A stretch of DNA of 64,000 nt, taken from a virus. The position numbers and the translations under genes are program-made. Below the pieces are notes generated by a model that saw only the letters and a list, made by a program, of their open reading frames with translations, was not told where the DNA came from and did no database searches. Shown here piece by piece: positions 18,799 through 28,569 of this stretch (its first letter is position 1; every line of letters begins with the position of its first letter). The DNA is taken from positions 1-64,000 of the IMG/VR virus record IMGVR_UViG_3300028840_005911; one strand, written 5' to 3'.

Positions 18799-19461
18799 CT
18801 AAAGGACAAGGCCGGCGGTCGCTTCGTCCTGAGCCACAGAAATGACCCGCACTCTGGCAACTGCCATCATCCTGTCTCCATACACATTCAGGTCTATCAG
18901 ATTGGCCGAGAGCAGCCTCTCGTCCCTAGGAAGACCCGGGTAGTTTACCTGAGCAGCCCTGATTTGGGAGGAGGTATTGTCCACCGACCGGGTGAGGGTC
19001 GACAGCATGTTGTCCGCCCTCTTGGTGGACATCAGGTTGCTACCTACCACTTTCTGAAGGCCTCCCCCTCTACGCGGGCTGAAGATCGAGCTCCCAGGGC
19101 TCTGCAAGATCCACTTGGTGAACAGCTGGGTAAGCTTCAAGATTCCGGATATCTTCTTGGTATTATCCCCTATCCTGAATTCAATCTTAGATCCGGCCGC
19201 TGTCCTGGTGAAGTTGCTGCTGATGACCTCTACGGTATCGACCCTATTGAGAGTAGATTCGGGCATCTGCGCCCACAGGGTAGTCTTGTTCAAGACGATG
19301 AACTCTGAGACCACAATCTCATTTATCAGGACCTGCTCGACGCTGGAGAAATCTTCCCCGGTGAGCTCTATGGTGGGGACTCCAAGATTGGGCACGAAGT
19401 TCGGAAGGCCCGTAACCGGGATCGTGTCCCGGAACTTGATTACCTCGAGCTGACTAGTCAC
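18799..19461 (-). CDS. IPT/TIG domain plus gp25-like baseplate protein
   Basis: N-terminal IELTGEDFSSVEQVLIN (IPT-like). C-terminal ISGILKLTQLFTKWILQSPGSSIFSPRRGGGL...DERLLSA is gp25/GPW-like. Confidence 0.65.
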   Translation of the reverse strand: MTSQLEVIKFRDTIPVTGLPNFVPNLGVPTIELTGEDFSSVEQVLINEIVVSEFIVLNKTTLWAQMPESTLNRVDTVEVISSNFTRTAAGSKIEFRIGDNTKKISGILKLTQLFTKWILQSPGSSIFSPRRGGGLQKVVGSNLMSTKRADNMLSTLTRSVDNTSSQIRAAQVNYPGLPRDERLLSANLIDLNVYGDRMMAVARVRVISVAQDEATAGLVL

Positions 19462-19895
19462 GCGAGCTCCTGATCTGTGGCCTCCAGAGTTGCGTCATTA
19501 TACTCTTGTTTATCAGCAACATCTAGAGGTTCTAGTTTGAGCAGCTCATCCACGGCCGCGTCGAGTTCATTCTTCAAGGTGGTGAGCTTGTCCAGCTTGG
19601 TAGGTCCACCTGTGTCGGAGCCTCCCAAGAAGTTTACCCTGGTCACTGTATCCTCACTGGCCGGCCTTTCCTGACCAGGGGTGTACGAGTACGGGTTGTA
19701 CTGGGCGGCATTGTTCCTGTTCGACTCACCATTCCGCTTGATTTGGTCAGTGATGAGTTCCTCAAGGGTGGTGGCGGAGAGACCCCTGTTAGACTCCACC
19801 CCGCGAATGAACGCGAAGGCGTCCGCTATTATGGCCCGGAACCTCCTACTAGGTTTCTGGGCTACGCTGGCATCTATTTCGGTCTCGATGGTCAA
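19458..19895 (-). CDS. hypothetical protein
   Basis: 145-aa ORF with TTG start overlapping the upstream stop; coupled on both sides. Confidence 0.7.
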   Translation of the reverse strand: MTIETEIDASVAQKPSRRFRAIIADAFAFIRGVESNRGLSATTLEELITDQIKRNGESNRNNAAQYNPYSYTPGQERPASEDTVTRVNFLGGSDTGGPTKLDKLTTLKNELDAAVDELLKLEPLDVADKQEYNDATLEATDQELA

Positions 19896-22891
19896 ATGTC
19901 GTAATCCGGTTCGTCTATGGTATCATCGAACTCTTCATCCGCATCTGGTATTTCAGTATAACTCACAGGGAGTTGAGTATCCAGGTCTACTGAGAATTCA
20001 TAGACCGGGGGCGACGGAAGATCCCCAACAGCATCCTTGGCAGCCTTGATCACGGCCCCACCAAAAGAAGCCGTCTCGCTGGTGGTCTCGAAGAACCCTA
20101 CTATGTCTCCCGTCTTCAACAGATTCGCCGCCCTGTCGTACTTCCTGTCCACCAAATCATCGAGGAGACTCTCCAAGGCCTGCACTAGCGGAGCCGAGTA
20201 GGCGCTGAGGATGTCCTCCAAGTTGAGCGATGCGGTCGGCACCGAGGTACTGTACTCATCAGACCTTCTTGGGGAGTCTGTCATGATGGAGAGGAGTTCA
20301 GCCGTCAGCGTCCTGGCCTGGTTCAGATTGGACGTGAATGGTTGAGCTGGAAGTATGGCCGTGGCGATGGCCGCATCCAACTTGTCCAAGGACTCATCGA
20401 AGCCGTTCTTTGGAAGCAGGTTCCTCGAGCTGGTGTAGGTACCCAAGTCGGTGCTCAACTCGTTGTACTTCCTCGAGGAGTTCCCCGATATCTCGAACTG
20501 GGCTCGCGTCACGTTTGAAGGGAGCTCGGGGCTCACTGCTAGCTCGGCTCCAGACACCGCAGTGATGGTGACCTCATCTTGGCCGGTGACCTTCAACAGA
20601 TCCCCAACCAAGACATCCTCAAACGTGACGCTGTTGCCCAACCTATCTACCGCCTGGAAGGTGGGGAGTGTACCCCTGACTACTCCGGTTGAGATGCCCA
20701 GTTCTGCCGGAGCAGTGACCACCTCGAGGTACGATCCCGGACCCTTGTAGTCGAGCTCGATCTTCACCTTCTCCGTGAAGATGGTGTAAGTGAGGCCGGC
20801 CTCTGAGGACCCGAAGGTGATATTCCGGAGGCTGAGTACAGTAGGGGAGACCCTGGACTCTACCCGGTAGACGGTGGCGGCATCTCCGTCCACGATCTCT
20901 ATCTGGTGGCCTTCATCAACCCCCAAGGCCTCAAAGTCAGCAGAGGTATCGGTCACCTCATCAGTATCCACAGTTGTCGCGAGGATGCCCGTGGAGACAT
21001 TTTCTCGGACCACTATGGCCGTCACCCCAGACACTTGCCCGTTGACGGCGTTGACGAGCTCTGAGGGCGTCAGGAGGACATCTGAGTCGGACTCACCCTC
21101 ATTGAACCCTAGGAGGCTGTGGGCGGATTCATCCACCAGAACCAGGTCCCCAGGAGTTGTCAGATTGACCTTGGGGAAGTTCCTCGAGATCTGCATGAAA
21201 GGTGTCAGCTTGTTCCTCAAGCTGATCGATACCCGTCCAGGGTCGGCTGCGAGCTCGGCGGACTCCACGTGGTAATACAAGGACGAGTATGTGTGGTTCG
21301 GATCCGCCGAGGTCTTGGTCGGGTCCATCAGGTCCGCCACAGCGTCCGCAGCGCTTACTGTACCGGCATCTAACCTGCCGGTCTTCACTGTTGGTCCCAC
21401 AATGATGTCGCTTCCCACTGTGGGAGGGGTGGATAGCGCGGGGGTGACCGAAAGAATCTCATTTCCGCCAAGGCCACTAAGGCCGTTCACCGCGATCTGG
21501 TTGGTAGCCCCAGTCTCTGGGGTTTCATTCCTCGGGTCCAGAACCACATTGTTAGCGTCTATCACCCTAACTATCTCAAAATATTGCGTCGTCACGACCG
21601 TTGATGTATATGTCAGTCCAACATGGCTCTGTGCGAAGATGGCGTCCCCAATCGTCATGGTATTGGTTGATGAGTCCCAGGACATGGAAGTATTTAGGGC
21701 GGCAGAGGCCTGGTTGTACATCAGAAGAACAACCCGTGGGTATCTGTCTGCGGCAGGCAGGTTAGGGTCGGTAAACATTGCCAAAGCCCCAAGATGCTTG
21801 AACCCAAGCTTGTAGTTCGCCGATACCCGGTTAGAAACCGTGTGCGCTACCTGTATGGGGAAGGTATACGACTGGCGATCCACTACTACATGGAGCTCCC
21901 TCCTGTCAGTCGTCACCACGAAATTCTCTTTATTTCGACCGTTTAGGGTGGCTCCGATGATGGCCTTCAGATCGACCGTCTGGGTGGATCCGGTCTCTGA
22001 TGTCTTGAGCTCGAGGTTGTCAGAAATGGGGAGCTCCCACGGGCCTGGGGAGGTGATGACGGAGGGCGGGGTTCCTTCCCCGGTAACCTCACCACGATAT
22101 AGCGTCCCCGATGGGATAGGGTTGAGTGGTCCTCTGTATTTCAAGGTGCTGGGATCTGTGAATCTGGATATTAGCGAGACTATGGCCTTGGATGCAAGGC
22201 TCTTTAGCAAGAACGTATTGCTCCTAGCCCTGTTATTTTCAGGGGAGTCGCCATTGATATCTACCTCCATCTGGGATAACTCTCTGCGTATGTTGGTCAT
22301 CGCTGTGCGAGATACGCCCGTTGGTATATCCAGGGAGTTGTAGTTGCTAATCAAGTCCCGAAGATTTGGAATGTAGGAGATGATCTTGTCATGGACCGTC
22401 TTGAGGCTTTCAAGGTTCCTAACGATCAGGTTCCTGGCCTCCTCCCTCGGATTTGCTTGGTCCCCGGTAAGGGCCGTGACGTTCCTCCTCAGACCCTCAG
22501 CGAAAGAGTCGATGTTCTTGAAGAACCGCTCGAGCTCCGGCCTATCCTGGACAGAGGAGGCCGCATCTAGATCGAGAAGGGCGGTAGAGGCGTTCGAGAG
22601 ATAAGTCGTGCCCCCAACGTCCTCACCGACTCTTTCAAGGTAGTCCAGGTTGATGAGCATATCCTCGATGATGCCGATCTCTTGTTTAGTTAGAGACAGG
22701 AGATGGTTGGTCACCAGCTGCACCAGGTAGAAGATCGCATTGGGATTGGTCAGAAAGGTGATGTAGGCGATATCGATGAGCTGGGCATGAACATCCTGGG
22801 AGTCAGTAACTCCACCGTCCTTGGTCGGTACCAGGCTGCTCCTGAGGAGCTTCGACACCTCATTGAGGATATCTTCGTTAGTGAATGCCAT
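19892..22891 (-). CDS. large virion structural protein (999 aa) with helical termini and central beta modules
   Basis: Long ORF in the baseplate cluster containing the shared beta modules (DTSADFEALGVDEGHQIEI; LTPSELVNAVN). Confidence 0.7.
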   Translation of the reverse strand: MAFTNEDILNEVSKLLRSSLVPTKDGGVTDSQDVHAQLIDIAYITFLTNPNAIFYLVQLVTNHLLSLTKQEIGIIEDMLINLDYLERVGEDVGGTTYLSNASTALLDLDAASSVQDRPELERFFKNIDSFAEGLRRNVTALTGDQANPREEARNLIVRNLESLKTVHDKIISYIPNLRDLISNYNSLDIPTGVSRTAMTNIRRELSQMEVDINGDSPENNRARSNTFLLKSLASKAIVSLISRFTDPSTLKYRGPLNPIPSGTLYRGEVTGEGTPPSVITSPGPWELPISDNLELKTSETGSTQTVDLKAIIGATLNGRNKENFVVTTDRRELHVVVDRQSYTFPIQVAHTVSNRVSANYKLGFKHLGALAMFTDPNLPAADRYPRVVLLMYNQASAALNTSMSWDSSTNTMTIGDAIFAQSHVGLTYTSTVVTTQYFEIVRVIDANNVVLDPRNETPETGATNQIAVNGLSGLGGNEILSVTPALSTPPTVGSDIIVGPTVKTGRLDAGTVSAADAVADLMDPTKTSADPNHTYSSLYYHVESAELAADPGRVSISLRNKLTPFMQISRNFPKVNLTTPGDLVLVDESAHSLLGFNEGESDSDVLLTPSELVNAVNGQVSGVTAIVVRENVSTGILATTVDTDEVTDTSADFEALGVDEGHQIEIVDGDAATVYRVESRVSPTVLSLRNITFGSSEAGLTYTIFTEKVKIELDYKGPGSYLEVVTAPAELGISTGVVRGTLPTFQAVDRLGNSVTFEDVLVGDLLKVTGQDEVTITAVSGAELAVSPELPSNVTRAQFEISGNSSRKYNELSTDLGTYTSSRNLLPKNGFDESLDKLDAAIATAILPAQPFTSNLNQARTLTAELLSIMTDSPRRSDEYSTSVPTASLNLEDILSAYSAPLVQALESLLDDLVDRKYDRAANLLKTGDIVGFFETTSETASFGGAVIKAAKDAVGDLPSPPVYEFSVDLDTQLPVSYTEIPDADEEFDDTIDEPDYDI

Positions 22892-22894
22892 CCC

Positions 22895-23374
22895 TTATCC
22901 GTAGGACATCTCCCATTCGATCATGGGAACGAACCAGTTGAACCTGTTGAACTGCACCTTCTTTGGAGTCAGAGCCTTCCTGTAGGGGGCGGTGTAGTTG
23001 TATGGCGGGAAGAACGGGACAGCGTATCCAGACGACCACCTGATGTTGTAGTTGGCGATCTCGGACAACGTGTCCATGAGGAACTCGGCTTTGAACTTGG
23101 CCGCCTCGAGCTTCTTCACATCAGCCCTAGTAAGCTTCGGGATTATCCTCCTCAGGTACTCCGGATGCCACCCAAACAGGCCACATACCTCGTCGAAGGT
23201 CAGCCCTTCCTCACACTTGATATCCTGGAAGATGTACTGAAAGGACAGCTTCCAATCCCGCTCCCTCTTCCTGATTCCCTTGTAGAGGACGTAATCGAAG
23301 ATGGCCCTACGAAGGACCATCAGCCACAGCATCTTCTCTTCGAAGTGGGTTCTCTTTACATCGTGCCACCCCAT
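22895..23374 (-). CDS. hypothetical basic helical protein, possibly DNA-binding
   Basis: LWLMVLRRAIFDY...FDEVCGLFGWHPEYLRRII resembles a widespread small phage regulator-like family. Confidence 0.6.
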   Translation of the reverse strand: MGWHDVKRTHFEEKMLWLMVLRRAIFDYVLYKGIRKRERDWKLSFQYIFQDIKCEEGLTFDEVCGLFGWHPEYLRRIIPKLTRADVKKLEAAKFKAEFLMDTLSEIANYNIRWSSGYAVPFFPPYNYTAPYRKALTPKKVQFNRFNWFVPMIEWEMSYG

Positions 23375-23376
23375 GG

Positions 23377-24339
23377 TCAGCTCACATTCACTGTCAATGG
23401 GGTTGAGATGAGGGCGGCTATCTCCGGCCTCCTTGGAGCCCAGGTACAGTCCTTCCTGGTTATGGTGATAGTCGTGGACCCTGCGGATACCCCTGATACG
23501 GATATCCCGCCGTCGATTGTGCCCTCTGCCTGAGCAATGCTTTCATCAGCAGAGGTGAACTCCAGGAGGTTGGTGAGCCTCTCCTGGTCGGTGATTTGGA
23601 TATCATTGGTGCCGTAGATGGTGATCAGAACGTCCTCGGACTCAGCCACATTCACTGCCAATGGGTTGGTGTCGAATTCGGCCGTCTTGATGTAGGGGAA
23701 GAAGACATCGGCAAACAGGGCGCCGGCTTTATCTGGGATCTGGACCGTCTCGTAGATACCATCCGGGTCCTCTATCCCATAGACATGGACATCGTAATAC
23801 CCGCCACGTATGAGAGAGACCTCAGCGTAACCGCTCGGGTCCGTCTGGACATCATGATCTGCGGAGACGATGTCATTCCTAAGGAGTGTCGGTTCCCCGG
23901 TGTAGTGGTACCCCCCTACCGAATCCGTCGGATAGGAAGCGATTGGTCTGAATGAGATGGTGACATCCTCTAGGGGCTGGTTTCCACCGTCGATAAAGAT
24001 GCCGGAGATCTTGCAAAGGTCTGGATCGGAGCTCTCAGGAACGGATGGTATATGCCCGGTGAAGTCGAACACATTGGTGGCCGGAGGTACGAGAGGCTCA
24101 TGGACAAGGACGTTCTGAGTGGGGTAGTCGAACACCACGTCCGGCTTTATCATCCTGAAGATGTACTGCCTCCCAGGATCAGGGTCCCCATCAAGCACGA
24201 AGATGACCTCCCCATCCACGTCCGTGAGACCGGAGGTGACAAACGTGTCGGTGGCGTCGTAGACGTATATCCTGACGTCCTCAATGGGATTCTGAGGTAT
24301 CTCATCATCCTTGACTACAGCGGTGACTGTGAGTGCCAT
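23377..24339 (-). CDS. Ig-like virion protein (prealbumin/carboxypeptidase-regulatory-like domains plus Big_2-like domain)
   Basis: PIEDVRIYVYD...TDVDGEV; PLEDVTISFRP...TDPSGYAEVSL; EFTSADESIA....GGISVSGVSAGSTTITI. Confidence 0.65.
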   Translation of the reverse strand: MALTVTAVVKDDEIPQNPIEDVRIYVYDATDTFVTSGLTDVDGEVIFVLDGDPDPGRQYIFRMIKPDVVFDYPTQNVLVHEPLVPPATNVFDFTGHIPSVPESSDPDLCKISGIFIDGGNQPLEDVTISFRPIASYPTDSVGGYHYTGEPTLLRNDIVSADHDVQTDPSGYAEVSLIRGGYYDVHVYGIEDPDGIYETVQIPDKAGALFADVFFPYIKTAEFDTNPLAVNVAESEDVLITIYGTNDIQITDQERLTNLLEFTSADESIAQAEGTIDGGISVSGVSAGSTTITITRKDCTWAPRRPEIAALISTPLTVNVS

Positions 24340-25281
24340 TTAGAGGGTCCTCCGTATTGCGTCAGGATACAGCGGCTCAACCACGTCGTGCGGGTCAGTG
24401 GCGTTAGCCAAGAGATCCAGCAGATCGAACGTGGCCGCGTCTGGTATGGTGATGTCCCTAATGAGGGAGGTTCCTTCGAACACGACTTTCACCTTGAGAC
24501 CCCTGACCAGAGATATCTCAGCGTGTCCGGAGGTATTGGTTGTGATGGTGATTGGAGATCGTAGAAGCGCGACCTGGTACCCCTGCACCTGTATCGGCTC
24601 GTGTTGGGAGTAGAAGGTGATCTCCTGACCTTCTACAGATACTCCAGAGGCGTCAACCAGATCCACGGTACCGATACTTAGGTTGGCGGCATCGATGACT
24701 GAGCCTGTGTCCCCAAGAAAGGGGTCCGACCAGGCGCTGATGAGCCCTGTCGTTGTATGGTAGAACGCGGCCTGATAGTAGTAATCCGGCTCCCCATCAT
24801 TGTCGGTGAAGTAGTAGACCGTTGTGCCGGCCACCAGGAGCTCGTAGACTTCCTCTCCTATGTCCCTGTCTCCGTCGGACCAGCCGAAGTCCGCCACGGC
24901 TCCGCCGCCTACGATCTCAACCTTGGACTGGGTACCCAGCAAAGTGGATGTCAGTCTGAGGGCGTTGCCATCGTCAGACGCTATACCGGCGATAACAGCA
25001 TTGACCTGGTTGACGACTTGCGCGGTTGTCAGCTGGCCGACCCCGGTGAATACGACGTCGGTATCCACGCCCGAATCGATCTTCAAGGTGAGTGTCTTGC
25101 CGACAACGTCATAGTTCCCTGTCGTAGGAGCAAGAAGGGTAGCTGCTGTAGGTGCCGCCGCTGTGAGCTCCGACCACGGTCCCGAGTCTCCTGTGATGGA
25201 CCTACGGACCCTAATAACGTTGTACGACCCGAGAACTCCGGCGATATCGGATACGAAGATGCGAAGGTTGACTGTGCCCAT
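24340..25281 (-). CDS. virion structural protein
   Basis: 313 aa. Contains TAQVVNQVN...LRLTS...G..SKVEI...FGW and a C-terminal T...GHAEISLVRG segment like that of the next gene. Confidence 0.65.
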   Translation of the reverse strand: MGTVNLRIFVSDIAGVLGSYNVIRVRRSITGDSGPWSELTAAAPTAATLLAPTTGNYDVVGKTLTLKIDSGVDTDVVFTGVGQLTTAQVVNQVNAVIAGIASDDGNALRLTSTLLGTQSKVEIVGGGAVADFGWSDGDRDIGEEVYELLVAGTTVYYFTDNDGEPDYYYQAAFYHTTTGLISAWSDPFLGDTGSVIDAANLSIGTVDLVDASGVSVEGQEITFYSQHEPIQVQGYQVALLRSPITITTNTSGHAEISLVRGLKVKVVFEGTSLIRDITIPDAATFDLLDLLANATDPHDVVEPLYPDAIRRTL

Positions 25282-25289
25282 GGCTTCTC

Positions 25290-25550
25290 CTACTTCTTGA
25301 TCTCGGGCTTGACCTCGTTACTGCCAGTGATCTGCGGAGCAGGATCCCCAGGAGTAGTTGGGTCGGACTCACCGCTTACCTGCGGAACATACTCAACAGA
25401 GCCGGTAATGACCGGAGACGGGTCTTCGACGACCGTCGATCCATCAATGTCAGGTGTGACTGTCGTAGTTTCGACGATAGCCGGGGTTGGTCCACCAGCT
25501 ACAGGAAGCCCGGGGCCGCACAGGTAACCTCTGTAGACAACACCTATCAC
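25290..25550 (-). CDS. Pro/Thr-rich hypothetical protein (86 aa)
   Basis: GTG start overlapping the upstream stop; fills the gap in the operon. Confidence 0.55.
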   Translation of the reverse strand: MIGVVYRGYLCGPGLPVAGGPTPAIVETTTVTPDIDGSTVVEDPSPVITGSVEYVPQVSGESDPTTPGDPAPQITGSNEVKPEIKK

Positions 25551-26269
25551 TAGAGTACCTTCTTGATGTTGAAGTTACTTACCAACCCGAACCCCGCGTA
25601 CTCCGCAGTGATGTTGTACTCGTACAGAAGGCCAGTGGTCTCACTACCTCCTGGGGTAGCGGGCACATTGGCCTCGTCATCAAACACCCTTAGTCTAGCA
25701 TAAGTTAGCTGGTTGTTGGGATCGTACACCTGATTATCTACCATAGCGTTTTGGTGGAGCAGCCCTAGTACTCGTCCTATCCCAACATTCAGGAAGTGGA
25801 GCGAGTCCACCATTCCATCGAATAGCGCGGTTCCGCCATCCTTCATGAGCTCGAGCTGACCCATGATCGAGTCCGGGCCGACCACGATGGGATCCGGCTG
25901 GGTATGCGGGATGTAGATCTCGTTGGTGACCAGGTGTGTTTCTGAGTTGAACCCTATGGGGGTCACGAGGTGTCTGTAGTACGCCAGGTACTGGATCTCC
26001 AGACCAACGAGAGACTGTTCGAAGAGGTAAGTGTAGAGGCCAGGGTGGTCGGTGACGTCGACCTCGGACAGGTCATGCCAGTACGGAGTATCGATGAAGG
26101 CCGCACCGTCCCAGTAGTAATTGTCCAGTAAGCCACCCTCGATATTCTTGTACCTACGGATCGACACCTGCGGGGTCTTACCGGTGACCCCCTCACCAAC
26201 AGAATCTACCAGCTCCAAGAAGAGCGGTATGTCGACGTTAGTCGGCCATCTGAAATGTCCTGGTATCAC
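25550..26269 (-). CDS. hypothetical virion protein
   Basis: 239 aa, GTG start. N-terminal Ig-like GLYTYLF segment similar to that of 32747..33217. Confidence 0.7.
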   Translation of the reverse strand: MIPGHFRWPTNVDIPLFLELVDSVGEGVTGKTPQVSIRRYKNIEGGLLDNYYWDGAAFIDTPYWHDLSEVDVTDHPGLYTYLFEQSLVGLEIQYLAYYRHLVTPIGFNSETHLVTNEIYIPHTQPDPIVVGPDSIMGQLELMKDGGTALFDGMVDSLHFLNVGIGRVLGLLHQNAMVDNQVYDPNNQLTYARLRVFDDEANVPATPGGSETTGLLYEYNITAEYAGFGLVSNFNIKKVL

Positions 26270-26317
26270 ACCATTTCCCCAAAATAATCCCCATTGGGTT
26301 CGTCATTAGAGATCCCT

Positions 26318-26620
26318 CTACACGATCGTGCCAGCTATGTAGCCGAAGTAGATCAGCTCCTCGTACAGGTCGGTCTTGACGGCATTGTAGGTGGCTTGCC
26401 GCCTGGCGACCACCTCATTGTACCGATCGTCGGTCCAGTTGATCCGCTCGATCTTCAAACCAGGCTTCCACACCCCGCCATCGCTCACGCCCCACTCAAG
26501 CCTGATTTTCATCCTGCTGTCATTTGGGTCGATCAGATAGGTTGTCACCTCGGCGTGGGTGTAGAGTTTGCCCGGGTCCATATCCTTCGGGTCGAACGGA
26601 TTGTCGAGCAGTACCGGCAT
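26318..26620 (-). CDS. putative fibre-assembly chaperone/adaptor, paralogue 2 of 4
   Basis: Lies 9 nt after the 563-aa fibre. EWG...G.W.PG and TYNAVKTDLYEELIYFGYIAGTIV motifs. Confidence 0.7.
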   Translation of the reverse strand: MPVLLDNPFDPKDMDPGKLYTHAEVTTYLIDPNDSRMKIRLEWGVSDGGVWKPGLKIERINWTDDRYNEVVARRQATYNAVKTDLYEELIYFGYIAGTIV

Positions 26621-26629
26621 GGCAGCCTC

Positions 26630-28321
26630 CTACATATATTTGACCTCGTAGGCGACCTGCTTGGCCGCGCCGAGGCGGTTCTTGATGTACACGGTTCCCC
26701 CGCTCTGATAAACGCAGAGGTTGCCGTCGCTATCGCTGTTGGCGATGTTGGTCGAGGAAGGCGCCAGCAGCGTGACAGTTCCTGATGCTGTGAACATGAA
26801 GGCTGTGTGCTCCTCGGCGTCACCAGCCATAACGAAACCCCATGCGGCCCCAGATGTTAGCAATGCTGTTTCTGAGTCGTCGTTGAGCGAGAGCGATTTC
26901 CGTTCGAGCTTCAAGCCCTCTTGTTCCCAGGTCTTGTCAGACTGGTTCGCCTTGATGGTGTCACCAATGTTGATCTCACCGTTGGCGGTGGATGAGCTTG
27001 GGTCGGTGCCGGTCCCGATGATAATATTGTTGCTGCCGCTGGTAAGCAGATCACCGGCGCCAGAGCCGATACAAATGTTTTCCGTGCCACCAGCCAGAAG
27101 GCGACCAGCGTAGTTACCGATCAGGACGCTGTCGGAATACGAATTTCCTGACGAGCCGAGCCCGGCATAGTACCCAGCCACTACGTTTCTGGAACCAGTC
27201 TCGTTATAGTACATAGCTCTAACGCCTGAAACTACGTTTCTGCCTCCGGTCGTCAGGGACCGACCGCTCCACCCACCGATGAAGACATTGTCGGAATGCG
27301 AACTGCCAGAGGTCCCCTCACCAGCTCCATAGCCGATACATGTGTTCCACGATCCCGACTCGTTATACAGGGCTGACGTCGCGCCGATGGCAACACAATA
27401 TGGTCCAGAGATATTGCGCTCCTGTGCCCGGTAACCGATCCCGACACATGAGGTTGTGGTCAGGTTTAGAAGAGCGCTTCTGCCAATCGCCACGTTGCGG
27501 TCAGCATCCCCGATGTCCTGAAGCGTGTAGCCTCCAATCCCTACATTGTCTTCACAGTCACCGGCGAACTCTCCTGCCCGATACCCGATGAACACACAGT
27601 TCTGCTGACTTTTGCCCGAGACACCCTGGCCAGCCTCAGCGCCAATCATCACGTTATAGTTGCCACTCTGGCTAAACTGCATGGCGGACATGCCAATCGC
27701 CACATTCGTGATGCCGGTCTGTAGCTCGTTCATCGTCAGGTAGCCGATTGCGACGTTACGGTTGCCACTAGTGACGGCCTGCCCGCTTCCCGATCCTAGC
27801 AGTGTGTTACGATACCCAACATTGCACGCGATACCGGCACCAGCTCCTACGAAGGTGTTGTCGTAGCCCTCGGTGTTGGCCTTACCTGCTTCGTTGCCGA
27901 TGAAAACATTCTCGACACCATTCGTTGCAGACGGTGAACCAGCCGTATTCGCGAGCCCAGCATCAACCCCGATGAACAGATTACTCGGGTCATCGGACAT
28001 GAAGTTGAGCAGCGGCGCGTCCACCGCTGACTGGAGGGAGACGAGCGGGTTGGCGTTGGTCTGCGTCGCTGCTGCTTTTACGACCAGCTGTTCTTTATCC
28101 GCCGCTCCTTCAATGAGCACATTGGCGAACTGTACGTCGTCATATGTGTTCAGGTCTTGGTCGAATGGATTACCACCAGCAAGCTCAGCGAGTGTCTTCG
28201 CCCCGGTGACGCTATCTTCCAGCACCAAATTGCTGGAGCCATCCCGCAGCAATTTGGTATCGGACGCACCGATCTGAACTTCGTCCAGAAATAGACGATT
28301 GCCTTTCTTGACGATTGGCAT
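26630..28321 (-). CDS. fibre/adhesin with YadA-head-like beta-roll repeats (563 aa)
   Basis: Many ~14-aa N[VT]x[IV]G..AG repeats (NVFIGNEAG, NTFVGAGAG, NVAIGYLTM, NVMIGAEAG, NVFIGGWSG), typical of trimeric beta-roll heads. Confidence 0.75.
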   Translation of the reverse strand: MPIVKKGNRLFLDEVQIGASDTKLLRDGSSNLVLEDSVTGAKTLAELAGGNPFDQDLNTYDDVQFANVLIEGAADKEQLVVKAAATQTNANPLVSLQSAVDAPLLNFMSDDPSNLFIGVDAGLANTAGSPSATNGVENVFIGNEAGKANTEGYDNTFVGAGAGIACNVGYRNTLLGSGSGQAVTSGNRNVAIGYLTMNELQTGITNVAIGMSAMQFSQSGNYNVMIGAEAGQGVSGKSQQNCVFIGYRAGEFAGDCEDNVGIGGYTLQDIGDADRNVAIGRSALLNLTTTSCVGIGYRAQERNISGPYCVAIGATSALYNESGSWNTCIGYGAGEGTSGSSHSDNVFIGGWSGRSLTTGGRNVVSGVRAMYYNETGSRNVVAGYYAGLGSSGNSYSDSVLIGNYAGRLLAGGTENICIGSGAGDLLTSGSNNIIIGTGTDPSSSTANGEINIGDTIKANQSDKTWEQEGLKLERKSLSLNDDSETALLTSGAAWGFVMAGDAEEHTAFMFTASGTVTLLAPSSTNIANSDSDGNLCVYQSGGTVYIKNRLGAAKQVAYEVKYM

Positions 28322-28569
28322 TACTCAACCTCTATCTCTCTGCGCCAGCTCAACATACCGGCCTGGACTTTCTGGTACATATCCGAGGCGGGGAACTTCC
28401 CCTCAAACACTGCGATGGGGGCAGTCCACACAGGATAGTGTTGGCCCGCACGAGTAGTATCGCACAGATCAATCTCCTCACCTGGATCAAGCGTATAATC
28501 TCCGATGTCCTCGACGCTCACCGGTGAGTCGCTCTCATTCTTGATGTACACTTTCCAGTTTCGTCTCAT
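28321..28569 (-). CDS. small protein resembling the N-terminal domain of the 932-aa fibre
   Basis: IKNES...VEDIG...L.PGEEIDL compared with IAKNQT...LDNL...IPASGQVTL. Confidence 0.6.
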   Translation of the reverse strand: MRRNWKVYIKNESDSPVSVEDIGDYTLDPGEEIDLCDTTRAGQHYPVWTAPIAVFEGKFPASDMYQKVQAGMLSWRREIEVE

